Shown here one piece after another: positions 9,445-18,511 of a stretch of 43,720 nt of DNA. Origin of the DNA: a virus (Duplodnaviria > Caudoviricetes); IMG/VR virus record IMGVR_UViG_3300020183_006509, positions 1 through 43,720 of that record. The stretch is one strand, 5' to 3'. A program made the translations under genes and the position numbers. Below the pieces are notes generated by a model. That model worked only from the letters and a program-made list of their open reading frames with translations, ran no database searches and was not told the DNA's origin. Numbering within the stretch: position 1 is the stretch's first letter; the number at the start of each line of letters is the position of its first letter.

Positions 9445-11070
9445 TTATGCCGGTGTTTCTGTTTCTGGCGGGGATCCTTCTGGTTCAGTTCCTGCTTCTG
9501 AATCACCACCTTCAGCGCCTTCTCCACCTTCTGGAGTTTCTTTTGATTTTTTATTCTTGGTCTTCTCTTTAGCTTCTTCATTGGCTTTGATATCATCCTC
9601 AGTCATTCCTAGAAAATTTTCAATTAGATAACCCAAAGAAAAGAAAGGCTGTCCTTCTCCGTCCACCAATCCATACATGGCATCTATGGATTCTTTCCTT
9701 TTGTTCATCGTTTCTATTTCCTGATTCACTCTGAATGGATTATCCGAAACAAAAGTTAATCCAAGTTGACTTCTGAACATATAATCTTTCTCCAATTGCG
9801 GAAAATCTCTACACAATTGAATCCACAAAGGTTTTATAAGAATGTCCTGGAAAACGGATCTTAATCTCATGATAAACTTTGCGAATCTAATTTCCTCTTT
9901 ATCCAATCCTTCGGCTGCATTGGCATATTTACCAATCGATCCACCATCTGGTCCTTGGAATCTAGAAAATGGAATTTTAGATTCTTGAACCAACTTGTCG
10001 AAAAAATAAGCCAAAGGAGCTGGATCATTCAAATTTGGTCCGGCGGTGTTAAGGGGTTCAATATTTGGAGTACCTAAAGCTCCCTTAGGCATAAGATAAT
10101 TTTTGTAAAATTGAATTTTTGGCTGACCATTTACCGAAAGTTCCCCACTTTCATCGTTGAATTGAATATCTTCTTTGTATATGGACATCAACTCGCCAAG
10201 GGTTTGCATAGCCTTTTGTTGCGATCTGGACCCCACTGGGACTGTCATTTTTAGACGGAATGATGCATTCATCACAGACCAAATAACACGGGTGTATTCA
10301 ATGATCCTGAGAACATTGTACGGACGAATCAATCTTTCTGAATAACTTACTCTTGAAACAGTATTGCCTTTGGCATAAGAAAGATAAATGATTTGGGAAT
10401 CGTAAAGCATTCTCCTTTTTCTTTCGTCCTTAGGATATTGATACCAAACATTTAAGAAGGTTCCATCTTTTTGCTTTTCTACGGAAGGCATAAGGGTGGT
10501 TGCGTCTAGTTCTTTGAAACCAATAATATTTTTCCCCCTGTCATCGTATACGATTTCGAAAGCAACGAAACCATCAACAAGGAGTTGTCTGAAATATTGC
10601 CATGCAGAAATATCGTCATTGAAACCAAACATGTCGTACAATTTTTTGTACGTCGAATCAATTTTATCTGAAACATCTTTTTTAATTCCAATAATGTTTA
10701 AGAAGGCTGGATATGCGAAAAAATTAAATCCATCATAGGAAATTGCCTCGTCGCAGACCGTATCCAAAATGTATTCAATCTCAGGATTTAAAGAAAATTT
10801 TCTTAGATAATCTCTTTTTCCTGCATAGTCTTTATCAAAATATGAAATATACTGTCTGGTAGTCGTATCTTGTCTACCTAAAGAGAAAAGTGTAGTTTCA
10901 TCTTCAATCGGACCTTTCTTTAAAAATTCTGCTTCTGTGGTACCAATTGCCTGTGAATTTTTGACCACCATGTCTCCATATCTCAATCCGAAATTGCTCA
11001 GATTTTTGATCGAGTCCCTAATTCTTTGGAATACAGGGTTGGTGTTTGGGTTCTCATTAAATCCTGCCAT
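9445..11070 (-). CDS. gp20: Portal protein (T4 gp20-like), copy 1
   Basis: NPEIEYILDTVCDEAI, YFRQLLVDG, SKIPFSRF, EEIRFAKFIMRLRSVF and LGMTEDDI are T4 portal motifs; 541 aa. Confidence 0.88.
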   Translation of the reverse strand: MAGFNENPNTNPVFQRIRDSIKNLSNFGLRYGDMVVKNSQAIGTTEAEFLKKGPIEDETTLFSLGRQDTTTRQYISYFDKDYAGKRDYLRKFSLNPEIEYILDTVCDEAISYDGFNFFAYPAFLNIIGIKKDVSDKIDSTYKKLYDMFGFNDDISAWQYFRQLLVDGFVAFEIVYDDRGKNIIGFKELDATTLMPSVEKQKDGTFLNVWYQYPKDERKRRMLYDSQIIYLSYAKGNTVSRVSYSERLIRPYNVLRIIEYTRVIWSVMNASFRLKMTVPVGSRSQQKAMQTLGELMSIYKEDIQFNDESGELSVNGQPKIQFYKNYLMPKGALGTPNIEPLNTAGPNLNDPAPLAYFFDKLVQESKIPFSRFQGPDGGSIGKYANAAEGLDKEEIRFAKFIMRLRSVFQDILIKPLWIQLCRDFPQLEKDYMFRSQLGLTFVSDNPFRVNQEIETMNKRKESIDAMYGLVDGEGQPFFSLGYLIENFLGMTEDDIKANEEAKEKTKNKKSKETPEGGEGAEGGDSEAGTEPEGSPPETETPA

Positions 11071-11100
11071 GAAGTCAGAAATTTGGTTTTATAGACAAAA

Positions 11101-11703
11101 TCAAATTTTTATTTTCGATTTATATTCTTTATATATCTGATCCAAAGAGAGACCCTCTAAAGTTGCTTGGCTAAAATATGGAATTTTTACCCAATCTGAA
11201 TAATCTACTATTTTCATTCCTCGCAAATTTTCCTTTTCGAATCCAAAAATTGCGAATTCATATCCAGTTCCTTTAAATATTTTTTGTAAATTTTCCCCTT
11301 TTAGATTCAATGGCATCTGAGATTCGGAAATGTTTCTCACATTTTCTTCAAGTATTTCCGAAAAAGTCGTGGTCAAACGTGTTAAAATTTCTGCGAGATT
11401 ATCGGGTGGGATAATTGTTAAATCCATAACTTTACAAATTATCCTATTTCCAATTCTTTCTTCGGATAAAAAAAGAAAACAAGGGTATCTATTCACAAAA
11501 GAATTTTTTTCTCCTGTTTTTGATTTTGTGGTATGCAATCCAAAATAAATTTTTCCACTTTTGAAGGCTGTGAATTTTTCACCGGTATTTTTCGAGTCGG
11601 GACCATACTTCTCCGAGAATTCTTGGTTTACGGAGGAATTAAGTTCAGATAAAGAGGAAAATTGACTTCTCAATTTTTTAGCCTGTTCAGGAAAGTCTAT
11701 CAT
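11101..11703 (-). CDS. Putative DNA end-protector protein (T4 gp2-like)
   Basis: Start re-called to ATG 11703 (ATGA overlap with the gp4 stop). GKIYFG...FVNRYPCFLFL resembles gp2 GxxYxF...YxDRFPL, and it lies next to gp4 as in T4-like phages. Confidence 0.5.
   Translation of the reverse strand: MIDFPEQAKKLRSQFSSLSELNSSVNQEFSEKYGPDSKNTGEKFTAFKSGKIYFGLHTTKSKTGEKNSFVNRYPCFLFLSEERIGNRIICKVMDLTIIPPDNLAEILTRLTTTFSEILEENVRNISESQMPLNLKGENLQKIFKGTGYEFAIFGFEKENLRGMKIVDYSDWVKIPYFSQATLEGLSLDQIYKEYKSKIKI
11130..11137 (-). promoter_or_regulatory. Putative late promoter GATATATA
   Basis: Inside the 3' end of the gp2-like gene, 60 nt upstream of the portal-1 ATG. Confidence 0.55.
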
Positions 11704-12185
11704 TTGCTTTGAAATAGGAATTTCTCGTTGACAACTCCGAATTTCATACCCCTGCTTTCTGCCCAGTGTTTTGCAGCTTTGAATTTTGCTTGATTTGTAA
11801 TCCAAATTTGCATTTTGTGATTGTAAGATTTTAATTTTTCTACGGTGTATGTTCCTTCGTAGATTGGCTTTTGGTGTTGTTTTTCTGGCTTCACCTCGAC
11901 CAACCATTCCTGCTCATTTCCATCATCTTGAAGAACTTTCAAGTAAAAATCAACGTTGTAATTGTGATCTTTTTTATCTAGTGGATTGTAATAAGGAATT
12001 GCCGCTGGTTCAGAACTCCATTTTAAAATTTTTTCGTTGTTGTCACAATATTTGCAAAATCTGAATTCCCAGCTTGATCTACAAATAATGTTGTGAATAT
12101 CCCCAACATATTTTTCTGGATTAACGGGTACATACAAACCAGATTTGTAGTCACCGTTGGGTTTTATTTTCTTGATGTCAGTCAT
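11700..12185 (-). CDS. gp4: Head completion nuclease (T4 gp4, TnsA-like)
   Basis: YKSGLYVPVNPEKYVGD, RSSWEFRFCKYCD, WSSEP..IPY, DF, VEVKP and NQAKFKAA. Confidence 0.9.
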   Translation of the reverse strand: MTDIKKIKPNGDYKSGLYVPVNPEKYVGDIHNIICRSSWEFRFCKYCDNNEKILKWSSEPAAIPYYNPLDKKDHNYNVDFYLKVLQDDGNEQEWLVEVKPEKQHQKPIYEGTYTVEKLKSYNHKMQIWITNQAKFKAAKHWAESRGMKFGVVNEKFLFQSK

Positions 12186-12545
12186 TTAAATATTATAGGA
12201 ATTGTCTTCTCCTGTAATATAAGAAAATGGAATGGTTTTGGGTGATTTTGGGGGATGTATTTTTTTCCAGCCCTTTGCAAATCCGTTTTTAGCTATTTGT
12301 GTATAATATGCAAATGGATTATTTGATTTAGTAGGGTCGAATCTGTTCCAATATTTACAAAGATCCTCCATGGCAAAAGCCATACAATCAGCTTTGTCGT
12401 CTGGATCTTTGTAAGCCATTTTCTTGGAAATTCCAGCAATCATTAAATTGAACATTTCAATGGCCTCTACAGTCAGCTGTCCATTTTTTTTAGATTCTAA
12501 AATAGCATCCATTAAACTGGAGTTGGTAACGTAAACTTTCGTCAT
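12186..12545 (-). CDS. gp55: Late-transcription sigma factor (T4 gp55-like)
   Basis: YVTNSSL and FDPTKSNNPFAYYTQIAKNGF match gp55 YVNNKEL and NFD..K..NP.AY.TQ...NAF. Compact (119 aa), sigma region 2 only. Confidence 0.88.
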   Translation of the reverse strand: MTKVYVTNSSLMDAILESKKNGQLTVEAIEMFNLMIAGISKKMAYKDPDDKADCMAFAMEDLCKYWNRFDPTKSNNPFAYYTQIAKNGFAKGWKKIHPPKSPKTIPFSYITGEDNSYNI

Positions 12546-12575
12546 TAAATGTTAAAAAATTGCTAACTTAGAATC

Positions 12576-12601
12576 TTAGTTTTAACCTCGGGGTTAGTTT
12601 C
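12576..12601 (-). promoter_or_regulatory. Putative ECF-type (middle) promoter GAAAC-N18-TAA driving gp55
   Basis: Minus strand GAAAC taaccccgaggttaaaac TAAGA, 30 nt upstream of the gp55 ATG. Confidence 0.6.
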
Positions 12602-12603
12602 AT

Positions 12604-12774
12604 TTAAAACTTATTTTCCTCTGGTGAATCATCAGAAAGTTTGTTGTCTTCAGATTTTCCAGTCGGAGCAAAACTCATTCCTTTTTTGTAGTCATCTACA
12701 AAAGGTTTTGGTTTTTTATCCTGATCCGGATCAGATGGTGCAAAAGCCCAAACCCTGCTAAGGATTTTTTTTAG
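12604..12774 (-). CDS. -1 frame C-terminal extension (56 aa) of the 888-aa protein
   Basis: Open -1 frame LKKILSRVWAFAPSDPDQDKKPKPFVDDYKKGMSFAPTGKSEDNKLSDDSPEENKF*. It carries two more copies of the upstream protein's xxAP repeat and is entered at A AAA AAC within an A9 run. Confidence 0.7.
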   Translation of the reverse strand, partial: LKKILSRVWAFAPSDPDQDKKPKPFVDDYKKGMSFAPTGKSEDNKLSDDSPEENKF

Positions 12775-15437
12775 TTTTTTTTTGACTCTTCGCTTTCGTC
12801 GATATTGTAACCCATTTCACTGTTTGACTTATAATCAAGTTTACCGTCTGCTCCTTTAGAGGGTGCAACCGAAAAATTAGGATCTGTTTTTTGTACCTGC
12901 GGACTGTGTGATTTACCTTTGATGGTTTTTACTCCATACCCGGCATCTCCCTCAGCCTTACCCGGGGCAACAGCAAAATTTTGATTTATTTTTCCTAGTC
13001 CAGTTTTTTCATCAACATTGTAACCCATTTCATCGTCTACTTTGTAATGGGGTTGTTTTCCCTTTTCATTTCCGGGGGCAGAAGCAAAATTCGGATCTGT
13101 CTTCATGACTTGTGGATTTTTTGCTTTGTATCTAATTCCTTTTACATCATAATCTGCATCTCCTTCTTCGGATCCGGGGGTTTCTGCCAATCTCATGAGT
13201 TTAACATCAGATTTGCTAAATGTTGTATCTTCGGACAAATTATAACCTGCACCTTTATTTGCCTTATATTTGGTGTGTTTTTCATTTCCTTCTGGAGCTT
13301 CTTCTAAATTAGCATCCTTCAAATTTTCGAAATCTTTTTGACCAGACTTATCGTTATCCTTTCCCTTGGGAGCAGTTTCGGTATTTTTTCTCATCGTGTT
13401 TGCTGGTGTTGAATCTTTCTTTTCTTTCGAAGATTTTCCAGGGGCAATTGCCATTTGCTGCGAAGCTTCTTTTAATTCCTCTTGTGATTCTGAATCTGCT
13501 TCGTTCTCATCCCCTGCTCTGGATAAAGCATCATCTAAATTTTCAATCTCATCGATTTTAAAATCCCCGGTTCTGCCGTTATCCATCAAAACAGTGTAGG
13601 ACCCAGAGGTGCTGTCAATAGAAATAATTTTTCCCGTATTACCGTTCTCTAAAACTTTAACATATTCTCCCACATTGAATTTATCATCCTCGAAAACTTC
13701 CTCGAAAGCAAGAGCTTGGTTTTCAATTTTATCCAGTTCGCTGTTAACAGCAGACCATTTTTTGCGCAACGAAGAAAGTTCTTTTTCTAACAAATTTTGT
13801 GCTCTTTGAAGTTCGTCCGAATTAGCAAACAAAGGATTTAAACCCATTTGAGATTCAACTTTTCGAAGCTGTCCTTCTAAAACTGTGATATTTTCCATCA
13901 GTTTTTTTCTATCATTAATCATAATAGATTTGATTCTAGATTCTCCCTCTAAGAATTCTGTTAAACCTTCTGAAATGTCATACTTTAGGAATTCCTTAAC
14001 CATATTAGTTGCCTGTGTTCCGTTAACTTCGAATACGGAATTATCTGACATTGACTCGTTGATTCGATTTAGGAAAATTTTGTTTTCCCACTTGATCAAA
14101 TTAACAGAAGCACCTTCGTAAACTTTAGATTCGATTCTCTTTGCAAAATCAAGTTCTACGATAGAAAAGAAGTTTTCATACAAATTCAGAATGTCATAAA
14201 CAATTTTATTTTCATTCATTCCCAGTGATCCAGAAATTTCTAATCCGATTGCTTTTGAAAGATTGATTTTATCTTGAAATCTCATCGATTTTCCATTGAA
14301 AAGAACCGATACGCCTTCCCCTTCTTCGACCAATGAGAATTTATTTTTACCTACAAAAACATTTAAACCATGCTCATCAGCTTTCACATAAGGAGCATAA
14401 AAAGATTCCAAAATAGAAAGATAATTTTTAGGCAAAACAGCAACTTGGCCACGATTCAACCTCTTCAATCCTTGATTAGATCCTTCGAAAACATTTGACC
14501 CTATAGTAAATATTGTTTTACCTCCTTCAACGAGAACAGGTGAGAAAACTCTTCTCACCGAAGAATTACCAGAATGAATTGGAATATTTAATTTGGACGA
14601 ATCGCTCTCCATCAGAGAAAGATTATTCAATAAATTTCTCACGATTGGATTAAATTGCCATCTTGAAATTTCCTTCGACAAAAGAGAAATTGATTTATTT
14701 TCGGAAACCAACCAATTGTTCAAGGATTCAGTTACTGGCGAGTAAAAGTCGGATCCGGCATTGCTAGAAATTGCATACAATGCTTTTGAAACTTCAATTT
14801 CGGGTCTAAGATCATTTAAAAGGTCTTCTATAGATTCGGTAATTTCCTGAACTCTTTCATCCCAATCGAAATTCTTCATTTCTTGTAGAAATCCTTCTGC
14901 AACAAGAAATTCTGGCATGTTTTTGGTTTTGAGCAAATGATAATATTTTTCGCAAATAATTTTGATAGAAGGATGCTCGAAAATGCCAGAATTACGAATA
15001 ATATTAATACCTTCTAAAACACCTAGATTGTGTACTTCTTCGGATTTCATGAAAGCTTCTACCCCTTTGTCGTGTGAAGAAAGAGCGGCTAAATTTTCGT
15101 TCAAACTAGAATAGTCTACTTTAGACGTTTGCGACTTTTCGCTTTCAACATAGCTTCCTGAGTTTTTGGATAATCCGTTTCCAACACCACCCCAAGATTC
15201 CATGATTCTACTAGCTGAGTTTCTCGATCTAGCCAATTCTTGTTCTCTTATCAACTGAAAGGGATCTTGTGCTGGTGTATTCACAGTTTCAATATTTTGA
15301 ATAGATTCCATAATCAGATCGGTGTTGATATTAGAATCCCCCCTTTCTATCTTTTGAATGTTTGATTCGCAGATAGCTTTTACCTCAGGAGAGGTTGTTG
15401 TATTTCTTAGTGTTTTGAGTTTATTCAGTAAATCCAT
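12771..15437 (-). CDS. Large head-region protein (888 aa): coiled coil, SH3/KOW-like domain, C-terminal xxAPG..GYN repeats; probable internal head/core protein
   Basis: Long ORF under a late-promoter motif and upstream of the gp55/gp4/gp2/portal genes. It has many (I/L/V)xE motifs of the kind cut by T4-type prohead proteases. Function is inferred. Confidence 0.6.
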   Translation of the reverse strand: MDLLNKLKTLRNTTTSPEVKAICESNIQKIERGDSNINTDLIMESIQNIETVNTPAQDPFQLIREQELARSRNSASRIMESWGGVGNGLSKNSGSYVESEKSQTSKVDYSSLNENLAALSSHDKGVEAFMKSEEVHNLGVLEGINIIRNSGIFEHPSIKIICEKYYHLLKTKNMPEFLVAEGFLQEMKNFDWDERVQEITESIEDLLNDLRPEIEVSKALYAISSNAGSDFYSPVTESLNNWLVSENKSISLLSKEISRWQFNPIVRNLLNNLSLMESDSSKLNIPIHSGNSSVRRVFSPVLVEGGKTIFTIGSNVFEGSNQGLKRLNRGQVAVLPKNYLSILESFYAPYVKADEHGLNVFVGKNKFSLVEEGEGVSVLFNGKSMRFQDKINLSKAIGLEISGSLGMNENKIVYDILNLYENFFSIVELDFAKRIESKVYEGASVNLIKWENKIFLNRINESMSDNSVFEVNGTQATNMVKEFLKYDISEGLTEFLEGESRIKSIMINDRKKLMENITVLEGQLRKVESQMGLNPLFANSDELQRAQNLLEKELSSLRKKWSAVNSELDKIENQALAFEEVFEDDKFNVGEYVKVLENGNTGKIISIDSTSGSYTVLMDNGRTGDFKIDEIENLDDALSRAGDENEADSESQEELKEASQQMAIAPGKSSKEKKDSTPANTMRKNTETAPKGKDNDKSGQKDFENLKDANLEEAPEGNEKHTKYKANKGAGYNLSEDTTFSKSDVKLMRLAETPGSEEGDADYDVKGIRYKAKNPQVMKTDPNFASAPGNEKGKQPHYKVDDEMGYNVDEKTGLGKINQNFAVAPGKAEGDAGYGVKTIKGKSHSPQVQKTDPNFSVAPSKGADGKLDYKSNSEMGYNIDESEESKKN

Positions 15438-15461
15438 TTTGTTTTGAATTTTTTTACGTTC

Positions 15462-15469
15462 TATATATC
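15462..15469 (-). promoter_or_regulatory. Putative late promoter GATATATA
   Basis: Intergenic, 25 nt upstream of ATG 15437. Confidence 0.65.
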
Positions 15470-15497
15470 ATTCAGAAATTTCGTTTTCCGAATTTTT

Positions 15498-16040
15498 TTA
15501 TTTAGCAACAAGAACTTGTAGCTTAACATCAAAGTCGGGGTGGGGATTAGTAAAAGTGATTCCCCCACCAGAATAAAGTAAATCATATTCGCTCAAATTC
15601 CATCCAGTTACATCGGAATCGGTAGATCCGAGGGGGTTTCCGCTCAACACCATAAGTTCTCCTAGGTTGTAATTTTTTCCTTGATAGCTCCAATGAATGT
15701 ATTTTTGAATTTGAGGTGTACCGTTAGTAGGGGTTGGAACGCCGGGAATAATTGGAGTTTGTGAAGCGAATAATATTGGATTTTTAGGAGCTGGATATTG
15801 AACTTTGACTGCTATCCATCTCACAAATCCTTCAGTTCCAATATCGGTTTGACTTAGTTTTATTGATTTAGTTCTTTTGAGTGTGATCATCAATCTTGAG
15901 TAATCCTCAACATCAAAGAATAAATCTTTGAAATTAAAAAAAGTTGTATAGTTGAAATCTTCCTCCAACACGAATTGGTTTTTGAAGAAAATCCAACCAT
16001 TGGGAGGAATTGGAGGGCAGAGTATAGGTCTGGTAGCCAT
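15498..16040 (-). CDS. Hypothetical (probable virion) protein, paralogue of 16042..16719
   Basis: Shares the C-terminal pattern W.Y.G......M.L.G...GW......GG..F.NP....VKL.VL.A with its neighbour. Confidence 0.7.
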   Translation of the reverse strand: MATRPILCPPIPPNGWIFFKNQFVLEEDFNYTTFFNFKDLFFDVEDYSRLMITLKRTKSIKLSQTDIGTEGFVRWIAVKVQYPAPKNPILFASQTPIIPGVPTPTNGTPQIQKYIHWSYQGKNYNLGELMVLSGNPLGSTDSDVTGWNLSEYDLLYSGGGITFTNPHPDFDVKLQVLVAK

Positions 16041-16041
16041 T

Positions 16042-16719
16042 TTAACTTGCGGTTAGAACCGTTAATTTTACATTATACTCGGTTGGATTTGAAAATACAA
16101 ACCCCCCGGTTGCAGCTCCGGTGTATCCTATCTCTGAACTAACATCATTGCTTGTTTGCCACCCCTTCCAAATTCTACCATTTTTTACCTGCCCGGTCAA
16201 CATCATAAAATCAGCCATAATGAATCTTGAACCTTTGTATTCCCAGTAAAGCATTCTTTGATCTGGTGTAGCATCTGCATAAAATTGTGCTCTTGCCATA
16301 AATAAACCAATTTCACCCAAGGTTGTGTCAAAGTCACCCTGATCTAGATTAACCGATGTATAAGGAGCTATAACAAAAGTCTGCTGTTGATACCCAGAGA
16401 AATCTCTCACCGGATAGAAAAAATCAACCAGATCCAACTTTTGTTCTGTAACGTCTTGCCACGCAACATTCATAGATGTATTATAGAACCTGATTTTTTT
16501 AGGGTCATTGAAATTCGAAAAAGTCAAATTAACTCTTTCTAAACCACCAGGATTTAAAGCAATCAAAGTGTACCTAGTATCGAAATTAGCCGATGGTCCT
16601 GGGTCCAATCCTATCTGTGAAGACCCTTCACCAAAATATGTTCCACCCGTTATCGCAGGAGAACTTCCTCCATAAATATCAAGATCCCCGCCGGTTATTG
16701 AATTATTCCCATTGGACAT
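16042..16719 (-). CDS. Hypothetical (probable virion) protein, paralogue of 15498..16040
   Basis: Start re-called to ATG 16719 (MSNGNN), just after the upstream stop. Beta-rich and Gly/Thr-rich. Confidence 0.7.
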   Translation of the reverse strand: MSNGNNSITGGDLDIYGGSSPAITGGTYFGEGSSQIGLDPGPSANFDTRYTLIALNPGGLERVNLTFSNFNDPKKIRFYNTSMNVAWQDVTEQKLDLVDFFYPVRDFSGYQQQTFVIAPYTSVNLDQGDFDTTLGEIGLFMARAQFYADATPDQRMLYWEYKGSRFIMADFMMLTGQVKNGRIWKGWQTSNDVSSEIGYTGAATGGFVFSNPTEYNVKLTVLTAS

Positions 16720-16721
16720 TT

Positions 16722-17522
16722 TTATAATGTGGTCGGATCGACCCAAGGTTTCTTTGGAGGATCACTTATTTTTGGTCTATTGGAATTTGTATAAAGAATT
16801 TGCTGGTTTGAAAAATCAATATTGCTTTCTAAATTTTTTTCTTGTTCTGTTTCGGATTTTTCTAATTCCAAAATTTCTTGGTTAGAATTTTCTTCAGAGG
16901 ATAGATTTTGTATTTCATCAGGGTTAAAGTGTTCATTTTCCGGATTTACTTTATCATCAACAGATTTAACAAGAATTCCTCCACCATCAATAATCACTTC
17001 ATCTTGATTAGAGTAATCGTGAGTAAATGAAATATTCTGAAAAGTTTTGGTCTCAGGTTGTTCGAATTTTTGATCTTCTTCAATTTTTTCGGTCGGTTTA
17101 AGATAATCAACAAGGGATTTTATAAATCCGAGAGCGACCAAGGGTAAAATAGCTCCAGAAATTAGACTTAGAACTCTTTTTTGAAAAATTAACTCTTCCC
17201 CTTCTAATCCAAAAAGTTGACTCCATGATTCGAAATTTTCCAAATTAACAAATGCATAATAGGTGTTTCCCATTGATTGCATGAAAGTCAAAACAAAAAA
17301 TAAGAGCCAAATCAAATTTTTGTTCATCTTTTCCAAAGTTATAATTGAAGCCAAAGAAGCTGCTGCTCCTATCTCAAAGGCGATAGCCAAAAAAATTGCC
17401 AACCATTCTGGATTAGACAACTTAAAAAACTCAATTACGTGGATGGTTGAGATCACACTAACCACAACATAAAGAGAAACAAAGGTTGAAATAATAAACC
17501 AATGCAACTTTTTACTGTTCAT
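16722..17522 (-). CDS. Multi-pass membrane protein (about 4 TM) with acidic C-terminal tail
   Basis: Four hydrophobic stretches in the N-terminal ~140 aa, followed by a charged low-complexity tail. Confidence 0.7.
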   Translation of the reverse strand: MNSKKLHWFIISTFVSLYVVVSVISTIHVIEFFKLSNPEWLAIFLAIAFEIGAAASLASIITLEKMNKNLIWLLFFVLTFMQSMGNTYYAFVNLENFESWSQLFGLEGEELIFQKRVLSLISGAILPLVALGFIKSLVDYLKPTEKIEEDQKFEQPETKTFQNISFTHDYSNQDEVIIDGGGILVKSVDDKVNPENEHFNPDEIQNLSSEENSNQEILELEKSETEQEKNLESNIDFSNQQILYTNSNRPKISDPPKKPWVDPTTL

Positions 17523-17859
17523 GTTTCAACAATTTTATTTTGGTTTCCAAATCCTTTTTTCCCGGCAATATATGTTCTTTTTGAAATTGCATCATTTGCT
17601 GACTTCTATCCTTTTTAGAAATTTCATCATTTAGATAATTATATAATTCTAATTTTGATTCAATCTTAATTTTTTCAAGATTTTCCCGAGAAATGACCAA
17701 ATTACTTAAACTGTCCCGCTGGCCGGTACAATTCGTTTTTTCTTTGTTTAATTTTCTTATTTCACTGTTCTTTGAACAATTATGAATGAACATGAGAAAA
17801 AACATCATCACAAAAACCAAAAACCCGTGTTTAGAGAAAAAAACTTTTATCCTTTCCAT
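17512..17859 (-). CDS. Membrane-anchored/lipoprotein-like coiled-coil protein
   Basis: N-terminal hydrophobic helix GFLVFVMMFFLMFIHNC followed by a charged helical region; late promoter upstream. Confidence 0.65.
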   Translation of the reverse strand: MERIKVFFSKHGFLVFVMMFFLMFIHNCSKNSEIRKLNKEKTNCTGQRDSLSNLVISRENLEKIKIESKLELYNYLNDEISKKDRSQQMMQFQKEHILPGKKDLETKIKLLKHEQ

Positions 17860-17879
17860 AATTTCAATTTTTCTTCAAG

Positions 17880-17887
17880 TATATATC
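17880..17887 (-). promoter_or_regulatory. Putative late promoter GATATATA
   Basis: Intergenic, 21 nt upstream of ATG 17859. Confidence 0.65.
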
Positions 17888-17936
17888 TTTAAAAACTAAA
17901 ATCTTTTACTGGATGAAATCACAATCCTAGATTTTT

Positions 17937-18461
17937 CTAGACTATATCTATACCTTGCTGTGCAGCGGCTAATTCTTTTTCTAAGTTAGCAATAATTTGT
18001 GCATCCTGTTTAGAAATTTCTAATCCAATTCCGAAGGGTCTAAGAACAGAAACAAAATTTTCGGCATCTTTCAAACCTTTTCCTGTTTTTTTAGATAGGA
18101 AATAATAAATAGCATCCAAAGGGGTTGCCTCAATGAATAAGGTATTTTCTTTTATCTTTTCCTTCTTAAATTTTGTAATCAATTTATTAATTTCGATAAT
18201 TCCAACCGCTTCTCTTTCTTTCCATTCGGCTTCTTCCAACATGTAATTATAGAAAATCTGAATGTGTTCCGATTTTTCGAATTTGATTGCATACAATTTA
18301 CTGGAAAATTTTTCTTTTGCTTCCTGTAATCTTTTTTCACATTCTTGTATTCTTTTTTGATCCAATTGGAATGGAACATCTAATCCTTCAAAATCGTTTG
18401 AATTAACTGGAAGAACCTGAGTGACAACTTCCGAATTTTTTGTTGAAATCTTTTTTCCCAT
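17937..18461 (-). CDS. Hypothetical protein (174 aa)
   Basis: ORF with its own promoter motif; helical and charged; no family recognised. Confidence 0.75.
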   Translation of the reverse strand: MGKKISTKNSEVVTQVLPVNSNDFEGLDVPFQLDQKRIQECEKRLQEAKEKFSSKLYAIKFEKSEHIQIFYNYMLEEAEWKEREAVGIIEINKLITKFKKEKIKENTLFIEATPLDAIYYFLSKKTGKGLKDAENFVSVLRPFGIGLEISKQDAQIIANLEKELAAAQQGIDIV

Positions 18462-18481
18462 GATAAAATTTTTTATTGATC

Positions 18482-18506
18482 TTACATGAGATTCTAAATT
18501 TGTTTC
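18482..18506 (-). promoter_or_regulatory. Putative ECF-type (middle) promoter GAAAC-N17-TAA
   Basis: Minus strand GAAAC aaatttagaatctcatg TAAGA upstream of ATG 18461. Confidence 0.6.
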
Positions 18507-18511
18507 AACAA

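Noticed and set aside
11704-11907. N-terminal 68 aa of the track ORF 11101..11907
   Set aside because: It overlaps gp4 in another frame; the ATGA-coupled start at 11703 is more plausible.
11700-12185. TnsA-like protein considered as a Tn7 transposon component
   Set aside because: Its motifs and context (gp2-like, gp55, portal) match the T4 gp4 head completion protein; there is no tnsB/tnsC and no transposon ends.
12721-12734. Perfect 14-nt palindrome ctgatccggatcag as the frameshift stimulator or a terminator
   Set aside because: It is about 40 nt from the slippery site, has no loop or U-tract, and lies within the -1 extension coding sequence; the nearer hairpin is the better candidate.
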